A DNA stretch of 64,000 nucleotides from Rhodospirillales bacterium (GCA_038143065.1 JAYQLI010000035.1:32001-96000), one strand, 5' to 3'; shown: positions 46,061 to 57,175, counted from the first letter of the stretch. Numbers and translations: made by a program. Notes: generated by a model not told the origin, from the letters alone.

Positions 46061-46133
46061 CCTAACGTTTCCATGGGAGTCTTTGACTCCATCTTACAGA
46101 TGAGTAGCAGAGGCTCCAGTACTTGAGGCAATC

Positions 46134-48880
46134 ATGATAGGCGCAATCGTAAAGCGCGTGTTCGGCACCGCGAACGACCGCTATGTGAAATCACTACGCA
46201 GCCTTGTAGCTAAGGTTAATGAACTCGAACAGAGTTTTGAGGCACTTTCAGACGAAGAAATTCGTGGTCTGACGCAGAAATTTCGAGAACGGTTAAACGA
46301 AGGCGAAACTCTCGATCAAATAATGCCCGAAGCTTTCGCCGCAGTTCGAGAAGCCGCAAAGCGTACTTTAGGTCAACGTCATTTCGACGTGCAGCTTATG
46401 GGTGGGGCCGTTCTTCATGGTGGAATGATCACCGAAATGAAGACGGGCGAAGGTAAAACTCTCGTTGCTACTTTGGCAGTTTATTTGAATGCTATTCAGG
46501 GTAAGGGCGTCCACGTAGTAACAGTGAATGACTACCTTGCTCAACGTGATGCCAGCTGGATGGGAGCGGTATATAATTTTCTTGGTCTAACAGTTGGATG
46601 CATCATCCACGGTCTTATGGATGATGAGCGGCGCCGTCAGTACGCGGCAGATGTTACCTACGGTACAAACAACGAATTTGGTTTTGATTATCTAAGAGAT
46701 AATATGAAATTTCGTCTCGATGATATGGTTCAAAGACCTTTTAACTTTGCAATTGTAGATGAAGTGGACTCCATCCTTATTGATGAAGCCCGAACACCTC
46801 TAATTATTTCGGGAGCAGCAGAGCAGTCCTCTGAGTTGTATCGCTCGGTCGACAGTTTAATGCAGGGAATACAGCCTGAAGATTATGAGAAAGACGAGAA
46901 GTCAAAAGCGGTTGGCCTAACAGACATTGGTACTGAAAAAATAGAGGCAAAGCTGCAAGAAGCCGGCCTTCTTCCCGAAGGTGGCCTGTATGATGTTGCG
47001 AACATTTCTCTTGTGCATCACGTAAATCAAGCGCTTAAGGCACATACTCTTTTTGAGCGTGATACTGATTATATGGTTAAGGACGGTAAGGTTGTCATAA
47101 TCGACGAATTTACTGGTCGCGCAATGGAAGGTCGTCGTTATTCAGAGGGCCTTCATCAAGCTCTTGAAGCCAAGGAAAGCGTTGAGGTTCAGCTAGAAAA
47201 TCAGACCCTTGCTTCAATTACTTTCCAGAACTATTTCCGCCTTTATCCCAAGTTATCAGGCATGACCGGTACAGCAATGACCGAGGCGGGAGAATTTGAT
47301 GAAATCTATAAGCTTCGCGTCATAGAAATGCCAACCAATGTTTCGGTAGCTAGAGAAGATTTTGATGATGAAGTTTATCGGTCTTTGAAGGAAAAAAACA
47401 AAGCAATCGTTGATGAAATTCGCAATCGAAATGGTAATAAACAACCAATTTTGGTTGGAACGGTTTCAATCGAAAAATCCGAAGCTTTGTCGCAAGAATT
47501 AAAGAAAGCAAATATTCCTCATCAGGTATTAAATGCTCGTTATCATGAGCAAGAGGCTGGAATAATCGCGTTGGCAGGCAAGCCAGGAGCCGTGACAATT
47601 GCAACTAATATGGCTGGTCGAGGGACCGATATACAGCTAGGTGGCAATAGGGAAATGATGCTTGCCTCGGCACTTGCGAATATTTCTGATGAAGCTGAGC
47701 AACTCCGCGTTACAGAAGAAATAGATGCAGAAATTGCTAGAGATAAAAAAATTGCTCTCGAGGCTGGGGGCTTTTTGTTCTAGCAACGGAGCGTCACGAA
47801 AGCCGCCGCATAGACAATCAGCTCCGTGGCCGTTCTGGACGTCAAGGTGATCCAGGTGCTTCAAAGTTCTTCATAAGCCTTCAAGACGACCTTATGCGCA
47901 TTTTTGGCTCAGAGCGGATGGATAATGTTCTGCGGCGACTTGGGCTTAAAGAGGATGAGGCAATAGTTCATCCTTGGATCAACAGGGCATTAGAAAAGGC
48001 CCAAGGCAAAGTCGAGGCGCGTAATTTCGAAATTCGAAAAAACCTCCTGCGCTTCGATGATGTGATGAATGATCAGCGCAAAGTAATTTACGAACAGCGT
48101 CGTGAGATTATGGACGCTGATGATGTGAGAGCTGATATTGAGGATATGCGGAGGCAGGTTGTTGAAGAGTTAGTAGCTTCGCACATTCCTGCTAACGCGT
48201 TGGCAGAACAGTGGGATAGTGAAGGCCTTCAGGCAGCATTTGTCGCTAATCTTGGCCTAGAATATCCCATAGTTGAGTGGGCCAAAGAAGAGGGTATTGC
48301 TGATGAGGAGATCGTCGAGCGAGTGCTTTCCGATATGGATAGGCGGTTAGCTGAGAAGGCGGCTAACTTTGGCCCAGACATGATGCGTTTTGCTGAAAAA
48401 AGTATTCTGCTCCAACTTTTAGACCAGGTGTGGAAAGAGCATTTGTTAGCGTTAGATCATCTCAGACAAGGTATTGGTCTTCGGGCATATGCTCAGCGTG
48501 ATCCTTTAAATGAGTACAAGCATGAAGCTTTTGAGCTTTTTGAAGGAATGTTAGGCCGGCTTCGTACGGTAGTTTCTGGGGCGCTTTTACATCTTCAAAT
48601 TCAAGCACCAATCCCCGAAATGGGTAGTGCTATGCAAGTCGGCGACATGGTCGCGGAACATCCCGATGCGGTCGGTATGTCAGACGAATTAAGTAACGAA
48701 CCTTCTGCAGGTGCAGTTCAGCAAGAGTCCAGACCTGCAGCAGTTCCTCGCCAAACTAGGTTAGCTTCAGCTGGTACAATTGATCCGAGTGATCCCTCAA
48801 CATGGGGGCGGGTGTCACGTAATGATCGATGTCCTTGTGGATCAGGTCTTAAGTACAAGCATTGTCACGGAAAAGTTTAG
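46134..48880 (+). CDS. secA: Preprotein translocase ATPase SecA (frameshift at G5 47766-47770)
   Basis: [64 protein letters not shown] motif [14 protein letters not shown]. Confidence 0.97.
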
Positions 48881-48895
48881 GTTAGCTTTAAAAGA

Positions 48896-49738
48896 CTATT
48901 TTAGTTCGAATTTTCTGAACTTTTCACTCCAGTCTGGATGCCATCTTGAGAGTGCTGGGCGGTTTTCCGTAACGTCTTGGGCTGACCATAGGATCCGCTT
49001 AGCATCCATTTCGCGACTAACTTCACCATCTGGACAGACGATGTAAAAATCTCCTGAACCCACTCTCGAGAGCATTTCGTCTATTACTTGCTCTGGCATC
49101 CACGCACCTTGTTTATGTTGGTTTTTTCCTGTGGTTGTCCATCCAGGAATCAGCAGATGAGCAGTTGTTTGACAATTGGGCGTGGAACGGAGGTCATATG
49201 CCAGTCCTTCAGTAAGGTTACGAACAGCCGCTTTGCAAAGATTATATACAGGATGTCCCGGTGGATTGGTTATTCCCTGCTTCGATCCGGCATTTATGAC
49301 CCGAGAGGGCATGCCTTTTTCTATCATTGCAGGCACAAAACATCGAACGCCATTTATTACGCCCCAAAGATTTACATCTACAGCGCGTTTCCAGTCTTCA
49401 ATATCTGCCCACATTCCTCGCCCAACACGGGTGACAGCATTATTAAATAGGATAGAGGGTGTTCCAAACTTTTTGCAGATGTCGTCGCGGAAGTTTTCCA
49501 TCGCAGTGACGTCAGAGACATCGCAAACTTGTGTTAAAACATTGTCCTGTCCGACAATTTCAGTGATCTCTTTGTGAACTGAATTTAGATCATCACTTGG
49601 TAAATCTGCAATTGCTACCCGCATTCCTAGATGGGCAAAACGAAGAGCACTGGCTCGGCCAATGCCGAGTGCAGCGCCAGTTACGACCGCAATATTTCCA
49701 ACATCAAATGCTGGATCAGTACTCTTAGTTTCCGACAC
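48896..49738 (-). CDS. SDR-family oxidoreductase
   Basis: TGAALGIG, NNA, GSKQG, YNLCK; GTG at 49738 just after the CDGSH stop preferred as start. Confidence 0.85.
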   Translation of the reverse strand: MSETKSTDPAFDVGNIAVVTGAALGIGRASALRFAHLGMRVAIADLPSDDLNSVHKEITEIVGQDNVLTQVCDVSDVTAMENFRDDICKKFGTPSILFNNAVTRVGRGMWADIEDWKRAVDVNLWGVINGVRCFVPAMIEKGMPSRVINAGSKQGITNPPGHPVYNLCKAAVRNLTEGLAYDLRSTPNCQTTAHLLIPGWTTTGKNQHKQGAWMPEQVIDEMLSRVGSGDFYIVCPDGEVSREMDAKRILWSAQDVTENRPALSRWHPDWSEKFRKFELK

Positions 49739-49739
49739 C

Positions 49740-49979
49740 TTAGATCGCGTTGTGGGAGCCGTCGCAGTATGGACCTTTTTGCGTCTTTTTACATTGGCAA
49801 AGCCATGCTTCGCCTGCATTTTCAGAGGTAAAACGCTGAGGTCTAAAGTCTGTACCTTTGTGAGCGCCGTCGCAAAACGGCTGCTTTAAAGACTTACCGC
49901 AAGTGCACCAAAAATACTTTTTTCCTGCTTCGAGTTTAACAGCGGCTGGTTCTTTCGCGGCAATTTCAGGATCACTCAT
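49740..49979 (-). CDS. Tandem CDGSH iron-sulfur domain protein (MiNT-like)
   Basis: WCTCGKSLKQPFCDGAH and LCQCKKTQKGPYCDGSH. Confidence 0.9.
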   Translation of the reverse strand: MSDPEIAAKEPAAVKLEAGKKYFWCTCGKSLKQPFCDGAHKGTDFRPQRFTSENAGEAWLCQCKKTQKGPYCDGSHNAI

Positions 49980-50114
49980 CGATTTCAATACTCCAGAAAC
50001 AATTGTCTGTTTAGATTGCCGTTTAATAATCATTTCATCAAGCTAAACTAAACATGCATATTCTATAACTTAGAGTTATTATGGTCGATCGGTTCAAGAG
50101 TTGTTGGAGCAGTC

Positions 50115-50792
50115 ATGATTGATAAACGCGTCAATAGTGTGGAGGAGGCGATCCATGGTCTATTTGATGGGGCCACGTTGATGGTTTCCGGCTTCGGCGG
50201 TGCTGGCGTACCAGTAGAATTAATCAAGGCTTTAGATCGCTCTCAAATTACCGACCTAAATATTGTAATAAATGCTGTGCGCTTTCTAGAGATGCATGCA
50301 CCAGGTCTTTTCCAAGATCATCGTGTTAAAAGTCTTGTGTGTAGTGCGTTCCGCGGACGCGACCGTGACCCCAGCCATTACGAGCGTCAATGGCAAGCTG
50401 GAGAACTGGCTATCGATTTATCTCCTCAAGGGAGTTTTTCAGAGCGAATACGCGCGGGAGGGGCAGGGATTCCGGCTTTCTTTACTCCGACAGCAGCTGG
50501 TACTCAGCTAGCTGAAGGTAAAGAGGTCCGCGAATTTGATGGGCGTCAATGCATTTTAGAAACAGCAATAAAAGGCGATTTTGCTTTCCTTCGAGCTGCT
50601 GAAGCTGATCGTTTTGGTAATCTTCGCTTTAGGGGAACCCAATCAAATTTTGGCCCAATTATGGCTATGGCGTCGAAGGTCGCCATCGCCGAAGTTGTAT
50701 CCTTTTCTGACAAACCTTTGGAAGCAGATCAAATTCACCTTTCCGGTGTATTTATCGATCGCATTTTAGTTGCTTCTGAGACTGGAGTTTAA
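50115..50792 (+). CDS. 3-oxoacid CoA-transferase subunit A (PcaI-like)
   Basis: DGATLMVSGFG, PQGSFSERIRAGGAGIPAFFTPT, ADRFGNL, NFGPIMAMA. Confidence 0.85.
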   Translation: MIDKRVNSVEEAIHGLFDGATLMVSGFGGAGVPVELIKALDRSQITDLNIVINAVRFLEMHAPGLFQDHRVKSLVCSAFRGRDRDPSHYERQWQAGELAIDLSPQGSFSERIRAGGAGIPAFFTPTAAGTQLAEGKEVREFDGRQCILETAIKGDFAFLRAAEADRFGNLRFRGTQSNFGPIMAMASKVAIAEVVSFSDKPLEADQIHLSGVFIDRILVASETGV

Positions 50793-50795
50793 AAC

Positions 50796-51470
50796 ATGGT
50801 TAAGCCTCTCAGTCGAAATCAAATGGCTTGGCGAGCTGCTCAGGACCTGGAAGAAGGTATGGTGGTAAATCTTGGTATGGGTATGCCTGTACTGGCAGCC
50901 AGTTACGCCCCCGAGGGACGAGAAATAATCTTTCAGTCGGAGAATGGTATTGTTGGCGCTGGACCTGAAGCAACTGAAGAACAGCGTGACCCAGATTTGG
51001 TTGATGCTAGCAGTCGATTTGTGACGCTTGCAGCAGGAGCCTCTCTCATCGAGTCTGCGGCATCTTTCGCTATGATCAGGGGAGGTCATATTGATGTTAC
51101 GATGCTTGGTGGCTTTGAAGTTGCATCAAACGGTGACCTCGCTAACTGGGACATGCAGGTGCCAAATAAAGGTCAACTTGTCGGTGGTGCTATGGATCTA
51201 GCAGTTGGTGCCGGTGAGGTAAGAGTGATAATGCAGCACCAAACTAAAGACGGAAGTCCGCGGCTTTTGAATGTTTGCAGATTACCTTTGACTGCTCCTG
51301 CATGCGTTACTCGAATTTATACTGACCTTGCTGTAGTAGACGTGAAAGAAAGTGGATTTTTGGTTCAAGAAATGTTGCACGGAATGACGGAGGAAGAGCT
51401 TCAGGCTCGTTCGGAGGCTCCACTTTCTTTTGCCGCCAATCTTAAACCTCTAGCTACTCCAGATATTTAA
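50796..51470 (+). CDS. 3-oxoacid CoA-transferase subunit B (PcaJ-like)
   Basis: VNLGMGMP, catalytic Glu in QSENG, GDLANW, GGAMDLAVG. Confidence 0.88.
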   Translation: MVKPLSRNQMAWRAAQDLEEGMVVNLGMGMPVLAASYAPEGREIIFQSENGIVGAGPEATEEQRDPDLVDASSRFVTLAAGASLIESAASFAMIRGGHIDVTMLGGFEVASNGDLANWDMQVPNKGQLVGGAMDLAVGAGEVRVIMQHQTKDGSPRLLNVCRLPLTAPACVTRIYTDLAVVDVKESGFLVQEMLHGMTEEELQARSEAPLSFAANLKPLATPDI

Positions 51471-51549
51471 CGGTCAAAAACGTCTATTCAAAAGTTAGTT
51501 GGGTTGGTCCTAACAAGCTTTAGTCACAGGGCTTTCGAAAGGATATAAC

Positions 51550-51945
51550 ATGAAAATTCATCGCGCTGCTGCAAGACCAACAAAGACTGCCCCAACAGAC
51601 AAATTTACCGGCCAGGTATTTCAGGACGAGGTATTGGTTGGTCAGTCACCATCCAGGATGCGGGCTACCAATGTAACATTTAATCCAGGCGCACGAACAG
51701 CTTGGCATCAGCATCCTGTTGGACAAACTCTATTAGCCATTTCGGGTATAGGCCGAGTTCAAGTAGAGGGAGGGGCGGTAGAGGAATTGTTCCCTGGCGA
51801 TACAGCGATAATACCTCCGAACACGAGGCATTGGCATGGGGCTGCGCCAAATCGTATTTTCACTCATCTTGCCATGTCGGAGACTGGAGATAATGGGGCA
51901 GGGACAGAGTGGTTCGAAAAAGTTTCAGATGATCAGTATAAATAG
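51550..51945 (+). CDS. Cupin domain protein
   Basis: FNPGARTAWHQHPVGQTL and PPNTRHWHGA cupin motifs. Confidence 0.88.
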   Translation: MKIHRAAARPTKTAPTDKFTGQVFQDEVLVGQSPSRMRATNVTFNPGARTAWHQHPVGQTLLAISGIGRVQVEGGAVEELFPGDTAIIPPNTRHWHGAAPNRIFTHLAMSETGDNGAGTEWFEKVSDDQYK

Positions 51946-51951
51946 GCCTCC

Positions 51952-52635
51952 TCATGGACTGGAGGCTAAGGCTGCATCTATTGCGGTGTTAATTGCGGCC
52001 ACTCCAGCTGCAGGCCCTTTACTGTGAGCCCATATGCCTCCTGCAACTGCTAAGAAGTCTGCTCCTGCCGAAACAATGGGTCCGCAATTTAGTTCGGTGA
52101 TGCCGCCAATCGCAACAGATGGGACGGTTGTCGCATCCTGCCACCAGGATAAGATTTCTGTATCGGCCGGAGTAGTTACACTTTTGGTGCTGCTCTCAAA
52201 GAATGCGCCAAACGCTACGTAATCCGCTCCTGCCTCTGCAGCGTCTACCGCGAGATCGCGGCTTGACTTACATGTGACGCCAATAGCTCGGTCGGGACCA
52301 AGAAGACGTCTTGCTTCTTGATATGGGAGATCCTCCTGTCCAATGTGAACGCCATCAGCGCCAGTTGCGGTCACTAGGTCAACTCGATCATTCAGTATAA
52401 ACGCCACGTCGCGGGACTGCACAACGGGAGCCAGAATTTCAGCAGCTCTTTTCCAGTCGTCATCGGAAACTTGTTTTAGTCTTAATTGCACGCAGGCAAC
52501 ATCGCCAGCATCCAAGGCTGATTCTAAATCGGCACTAAATTTTGAAAGCGAGCCCGCGTCACATAAAAGTGATGCTGGAGTAATGAGATAAAGGCGGCAG
52601 CGGGGCCGTACATCGTCTGCTACCGCCTCAACCAT
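51952..52635 (-). CDS. thiE: Thiamine-phosphate synthase family protein
   Basis: [41 protein letters not shown]. Confidence 0.88.
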   Translation of the reverse strand: MVEAVADDVRPRCRLYLITPASLLCDAGSLSKFSADLESALDAGDVACVQLRLKQVSDDDWKRAAEILAPVVQSRDVAFILNDRVDLVTATGADGVHIGQEDLPYQEARRLLGPDRAIGVTCKSSRDLAVDAAEAGADYVAFGAFFESSTKSVTTPADTEILSWWQDATTVPSVAIGGITELNCGPIVSAGADFLAVAGGIWAHSKGPAAGVAAINTAIDAALASSP

Positions 52636-52638
52636 TAT

Positions 52639-53559
52639 TTAAGCTTTCCCTTGGTAAATTTTCACAATTGTGTCTAGAAGAGCTAATGCATCCTTCTTGT
52701 CTCTCTGGAAGCTGTTGCGACCAATAATTGAACCATTAGCTCCTCCAGCCGCGATCTCACGAATTTCGTCGAGTACTGCTTCAGTCCCCTTAGCTGAGCC
52801 GCCAGAAAACACAACGATACGCCGTCCGTTAAAGGCAGACTGCATCACATGTTCAATCCTCTGGGAAAGTGACTTGGAAGGAACATTTGCTTTTGTAAGC
52901 GCGTCGGCAGCCTCTTTTTGTTCCACATGGTCTGTAGGAGGCTTAACTTTAATTATGTGAGCGCCAAGGAGGGCCGCGAGATGTGCCGCATAGGCTGTTA
53001 CATCTAGGGCGGTTTCTCCATCTTTAGAGAGAGCACCGCCTCTGGGGTACGACCATAGTACCACAGCTAATCCCACAGCTTTCGCTTCAGCGGCCAACTC
53101 TCGAAACTCTTCCATCATTTCAAATTGATCATCTGCGCCAGGATAAATTGTAAAACCTATCGCAGAGCAACCAAGACGCAGGGCATCGTCCACTGATCCA
53201 TAGACCGCTTGATCCTTGGATGTCGCATGGCTATTCGAGCTATTCATTTTCAGAATAGTGGGGATCTGACCCGCAAAGGTATCTGCGCCTGCTTCGATCA
53301 TTCCAAGGGGAGCAGCATATGCGTTCAGCCCCGCGTCCACTGCTAGTTGAAAGTGATAATGAGGATCGTATCCGGGAGGGTTGGGTGCAAAGCTGCGATC
53401 GGGTCCATGTTCGAAACCCTGATCGACAGGCAGAATAACCATTTTGCCAGTCCCGGCTAATTTTCCATGCATTAAAATGCGTGCAATGTTTCCTTTTGTG
53501 CCGGGGTTATCGCTTTCGTACCACGACAGAATTTCTTTAACTTTGCGGGTTACTCGCAT
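52639..53559 (-). CDS. fbaB: Class I fructose-bisphosphate aldolase (DhnA/FbaB type)
   Basis: ILPVDQGFEHGP, VLWSYPRG, Schiff-base Lys in AHIIKVKPP, VFSGG, IIGRNSFQR. Confidence 0.92.
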   Translation of the reverse strand: MRVTRKVKEILSWYESDNPGTKGNIARILMHGKLAGTGKMVILPVDQGFEHGPDRSFAPNPPGYDPHYHFQLAVDAGLNAYAAPLGMIEAGADTFAGQIPTILKMNSSNSHATSKDQAVYGSVDDALRLGCSAIGFTIYPGADDQFEMMEEFRELAAEAKAVGLAVVLWSYPRGGALSKDGETALDVTAYAAHLAALLGAHIIKVKPPTDHVEQKEAADALTKANVPSKSLSQRIEHVMQSAFNGRRIVVFSGGSAKGTEAVLDEIREIAAGGANGSIIGRNSFQRDKKDALALLDTIVKIYQGKA

Positions 53560-53567
53560 GATTTTTC

Positions 53568-53969
53568 CTATATCGAGTTTGTTTTAAGTAAATTTTGGCA
53601 AGCAATTTTGGGTTCCGGTTGGAAGGCAAGGTCGATGTCAGCTGGCTGATCATCTATCAACACTCCTCGTTCGTCTGCTAATTTTCGCAATCGAGAGAAG
53701 GCAGGTGTGTCATCCATTGCGATTTGATCGACACCCTCGGCAATTGCGGCGTATGCATCTCCGGGCCAAATTCCAGAGTCAAAAGTGAATTTGATATTGG
53801 CTTTAGGCGCAGCTTGTTGCGTTAATTTGACGAGGGCAAGCCATCCACCAATACCAAGACTCCTTCCAATTCCAGGCGTAGATCTAATAGTAATCCTTTG
53901 CCCAGTCGAAGCAGCAGCTTTTGCCGCTGCCAGTGATTGGGCTAAGTTATGGACTACCACTGATACCAC
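53568..53969 (-). CDS. Hypothetical protein resembling the N-terminal half of a class II aldolase without catalytic residues
   Basis: Tightly packed between gap and fbaB; VHNLAQSLAAAKAA..RITIRSTPG..FTFDSG..AIAEGVDQIAMD. Confidence 0.65.
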   Translation of the reverse strand: MVSVVVHNLAQSLAAAKAAASTGQRITIRSTPGIGRSLGIGGWLALVKLTQQAAPKANIKFTFDSGIWPGDAYAAIAEGVDQIAMDDTPAFSRLRKLADERGVLIDDQPADIDLAFQPEPKIACQNLLKTNSI

Positions 53970-53978
53970 GAGCGCGGC

Positions 53979-54989
53979 TTAGATTTTTGCCGCTAGGGCA
54001 GTTGCTGTATCAGACATCCGGTTGGAGAAGCCCCATTCGTTGTCGTACCAGGAAAGCACCCGAACGAGACCGCCTTCAACCACCTGCGTTTGCGTAGCAT
54101 CGAATGTGGAAGAGAAGTTGCTGTGGTTAAAGTCCACAGAGACCAACGCTTCCTCATTATATCCGAGTATCCCTTTAAGTTTGCCGCGCGCAGCTTTTTT
54201 GATTGCAGCATTTACCTCATCAACTGAGGTTTTCTTTTTAGGGATAAACTTAAAATCTATGACAGAGACATTCGACGTTGGTACGCGAATTGCTGTTCCG
54301 TCTAGTTTTCCTTTTAATTCTGGAAGAACTAGCCCAACAGCCCGAGCTGCTCCTGTAGAGGTAGGGATCATAGATAATGCCCCGCCGCGGGCGCGGCGAA
54401 TATCAGAATGATAAGTATCATGGAGTACTTGGTCGCCTGTGTAGGCGTGGATAGTTGTCATGTAACCTGACTTAATCCCAAAAGTATCATTCAGAACAGA
54501 AGCTACTGGTGCTAAGCAGTTCGTAGTGCATGAAGCATTTGAAATAATATCATGTTTTTTTGTTATTTTTCTGTGATTGACCCCGTAGACAACAGTCAAA
54601 TCTACTCCAGAGGCTGGCGCTGAAATTAGCACCTTTTTTGCTCCTGCAGTTAGATGGGCACTTGCCTTCTCCTTATCGGCAAAGATCCCTGTGCATTCCA
54701 TCACAACGTCTATATCAAGATCACCCCAAGGTAGATCAGCTGGGTTACGCTCTGCAAACGACTTGATGACTGGGCCACCGTTTACTGAAATCCCGTCCTT
54801 TTTGGCCTTTACCTCTCCTGGGAAACGACCATGCACTGAATCATATTGGAGCAGATGAGCATTTATGTCTGCTGCACCCAGATCATTGATTGCAACGAAC
54901 TCTATGTCATCACGGCCACTTTCTAGTGCTGCCCGCTTTGCCAGTCGTCCAATGCGTCCAAATCCATTGATCGCGACCCGAACTGCCAT
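53979..54989 (-). CDS. gap: Glyceraldehyde-3-phosphate dehydrogenase, type I
   Basis: [34 protein letters not shown]. Confidence 0.97.
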   Translation of the reverse strand: MAVRVAINGFGRIGRLAKRAALESGRDDIEFVAINDLGAADINAHLLQYDSVHGRFPGEVKAKKDGISVNGGPVIKSFAERNPADLPWGDLDIDVVMECTGIFADKEKASAHLTAGAKKVLISAPASGVDLTVVYGVNHRKITKKHDIISNASCTTNCLAPVASVLNDTFGIKSGYMTTIHAYTGDQVLHDTYHSDIRRARGGALSMIPTSTGAARAVGLVLPELKGKLDGTAIRVPTSNVSVIDFKFIPKKKTSVDEVNAAIKKAARGKLKGILGYNEEALVSVDFNHSNFSSTFDATQTQVVEGGLVRVLSWYDNEWGFSNRMSDTATALAAKI

Positions 54990-55019
54990 GTGTTTCTCTC
55001 CCTCGTGAGGTTATTAACT

Positions 55020-57011
55020 TTATGCCTTGGTATTCAGACGCACTTCGACATTCTCGACAAGTGCATCGGCGGTTATCCCAAAATGATCGTATAGGTCATT
55101 GGCCGGTGCAGACGCGCCAAAAGTTGTCATGCCCACAATTGGCCCACCATCCACGTAGCGCTCCCATCCATAGATAGAACCTGCCTCTATGGCAGCCTTT
55201 AATATGCCCTTTGGCAGAATTTCTTCTCTGTAAGCGCTGGGTTGCTCGTCGAATAACTCTGTGCATGGCATTGAAACTACTCGCGTTCCGATTCCTTTGC
55301 CTTGCAAAATTTCTCTGGCGTTTAGTGCCAGCGGTACCTCGGTTCCTGTAGCAATCAGAATGGCTTTTAATTCGCCTTCGGCTTCAGAGATGACATACGC
55401 TCCCTTGGAGGATCTGTTTTGATTACCACCAGGTGATACCGTTGGTGTCCCTTGGCGGGAGAGAGCTATCACGGAAGGGCGAGACTTTTGCATCAATGCT
55501 ATTTCCCAGCATTCTGCAGTCTCGATTGCATCAGCGGGACGCATGGTTAGCAAGTTAGGCATGGCTCTGAGACTAGCTAGGTGCTCAACTGGCTGGTGAG
55601 TTGGACCGTCTTCGCCTAGGCCAATAGAGTCGTGTGTCATAACAAAAACTTGTCGTTGACCCATCAGTGCTGCGAGTCTGATTGCTGGACGACAATAGTC
55701 CGTGAAAATTAGGAATGTAGCTGTATACGGAATCAGTCCACCATGCAGCGCGATGCCATTTGCTGCCGCCGCCATTCCATGCTCACGAATGCCCCAATAT
55801 ACATACCGACCAGATCTATTTTGCTCAGAAAATCCTCCCAGTCCTTCTGTGATTGTGAGGTTAGAACCTGTAAGATCCGCAGAACCTCCAATCGTCTCGG
55901 GAACTACGGCATTAATAACTTCTAGCGCCTTCTGGGATGCTTGACGTGTAGCTATTTTGGGCTGATCGCTAACTAGATGCTCTTTATATTTAGCAATTTT
56001 CTGTTCAAGGCCTTTTGGCAGGTCACCTGACATCCTTCGATTGAATTCATCTTGAATGACCTTCGCAGCTCTCTCGAACCTAGCTTCCCAAGCCTCTCGT
56101 TCACTCGCTCCAGCAGACCCAGCAGCTTTCCACATAGATTGAATTTCAGATGGAATTTCAAAAGGTGCATAGGGCCAATTAAGATTTTCGCGAGCGCCGG
56201 CAATTTCCTCTGGGCCTAGAGGAGCGCCATGTGAGGAAGCTTTTCCTGCCTTTGTTGGAGCTCCAAACCCAATGGTTGTGCGGCAAGCTATAAGTGAGGG
56301 ACGTGAGATATCAGAAGCAGCTGATAGCAGGGCAGCGTTCACAGCTTCACAGTCATGACCGTCCACGCGTGCCGTTGACCAACCATAGCTTTCAAAGCGT
56401 TTCAGCACGTCGTCTGATGCCGAAAGGTCGATAGAACCATCGATAGAAATAGAGTTGTCATCCCATAGCACGTTGAGCTTACCAAGGCTTAGATGTCCCG
56501 CGAGAGCGCCTGCTTCGTGGCTCACTCCTTCCATCAGGTCACCATCTGAAGCTATCACCCAAGTCTTGTGATTAACCAAATCTGATCCAAATTCAGCTTG
56601 AAGTTTTGCCTCGGCAATTGCCATACCAACGGCAGTTGCAATTCCTTGGCCGAGGGGACCGGTTGTAGTCTCTACACCAAGCGGGTGCCCTACCTCTGGG
56701 TGACCAGCAGTGAGTGAACCTAATTGACGAAAGTTTTTAATCTGCTCCAACGATAGAGAGGGATTGCCGGAGAGGTGCAAGAGACCATACAGCAACATGG
56801 ATCCATGACCCGCTGAGAGCACGAAGCGATCCCGGTCTGGCCAAGAAGGGTTGGCAGCGTCATATTTCATTGGTCCGGTGAATAAGGCCGTTGCTACGTC
56901 GGCCATTCCCATAGGCATTCCTGGGTGACCAGACTTCGCTTTCTCGACGGCATCCATTGCAAGAGCACGGAGGGCGTTCGCCATCAGTGTTCGATCCTGT
57001 GACGATGTCAT
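55020..57011 (-). CDS. tkt: Transketolase
   Basis: SGHPGMPMG, DRDRFVLSAGH, TTGPLGQG, SDGDLMEG, THDSIGLGEDGPTHQP. Confidence 0.97.
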   Translation of the reverse strand: MTSSQDRTLMANALRALAMDAVEKAKSGHPGMPMGMADVATALFTGPMKYDAANPSWPDRDRFVLSAGHGSMLLYGLLHLSGNPSLSLEQIKNFRQLGSLTAGHPEVGHPLGVETTTGPLGQGIATAVGMAIAEAKLQAEFGSDLVNHKTWVIASDGDLMEGVSHEAGALAGHLSLGKLNVLWDDNSISIDGSIDLSASDDVLKRFESYGWSTARVDGHDCEAVNAALLSAASDISRPSLIACRTTIGFGAPTKAGKASSHGAPLGPEEIAGARENLNWPYAPFEIPSEIQSMWKAAGSAGASEREAWEARFERAAKVIQDEFNRRMSGDLPKGLEQKIAKYKEHLVSDQPKIATRQASQKALEVINAVVPETIGGSADLTGSNLTITEGLGGFSEQNRSGRYVYWGIREHGMAAAANGIALHGGLIPYTATFLIFTDYCRPAIRLAALMGQRQVFVMTHDSIGLGEDGPTHQPVEHLASLRAMPNLLTMRPADAIETAECWEIALMQKSRPSVIALSRQGTPTVSPGGNQNRSSKGAYVISEAEGELKAILIATGTEVPLALNAREILQGKGIGTRVVSMPCTELFDEQPSAYREEILPKGILKAAIEAGSIYGWERYVDGGPIVGMTTFGASAPANDLYDHFGITADALVENVEVRLNTKA

Positions 57012-57111
57012 TTCAATTTAACCCCTCAAAATTCCATGCGTCGCAAAGATCGCGGAATCGGTAATTAGAAACGATTGGTAAATATTGTTCATGCGGGATG
57101 GTCTGGGGTGA

Positions 57112-57175
57112 CGTCAACCCGTTGTACTGTCAGTATTTTAAGTCAGTTGACGGATAGTGGGTGGCATCTTATCGT
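57112..57175. promoter_or_regulatory. Back-to-back putative sigma70 promoters for the tkt operon and DUF4164-zapA
   Basis: CGTCAAC (57112-57118; TTGACG on the minus strand) and GTTGACG (57146-57152) followed by N17-TATCGT. Confidence 0.4.

Noticed and set aside
14621-48880. Programmed frameshifting or phase variation in clpA, thrS, infC, secA and others
   Set aside because: Indels fall in short ordinary homopolymers in both directions and hit essential genes; sequencing error is more parsimonious
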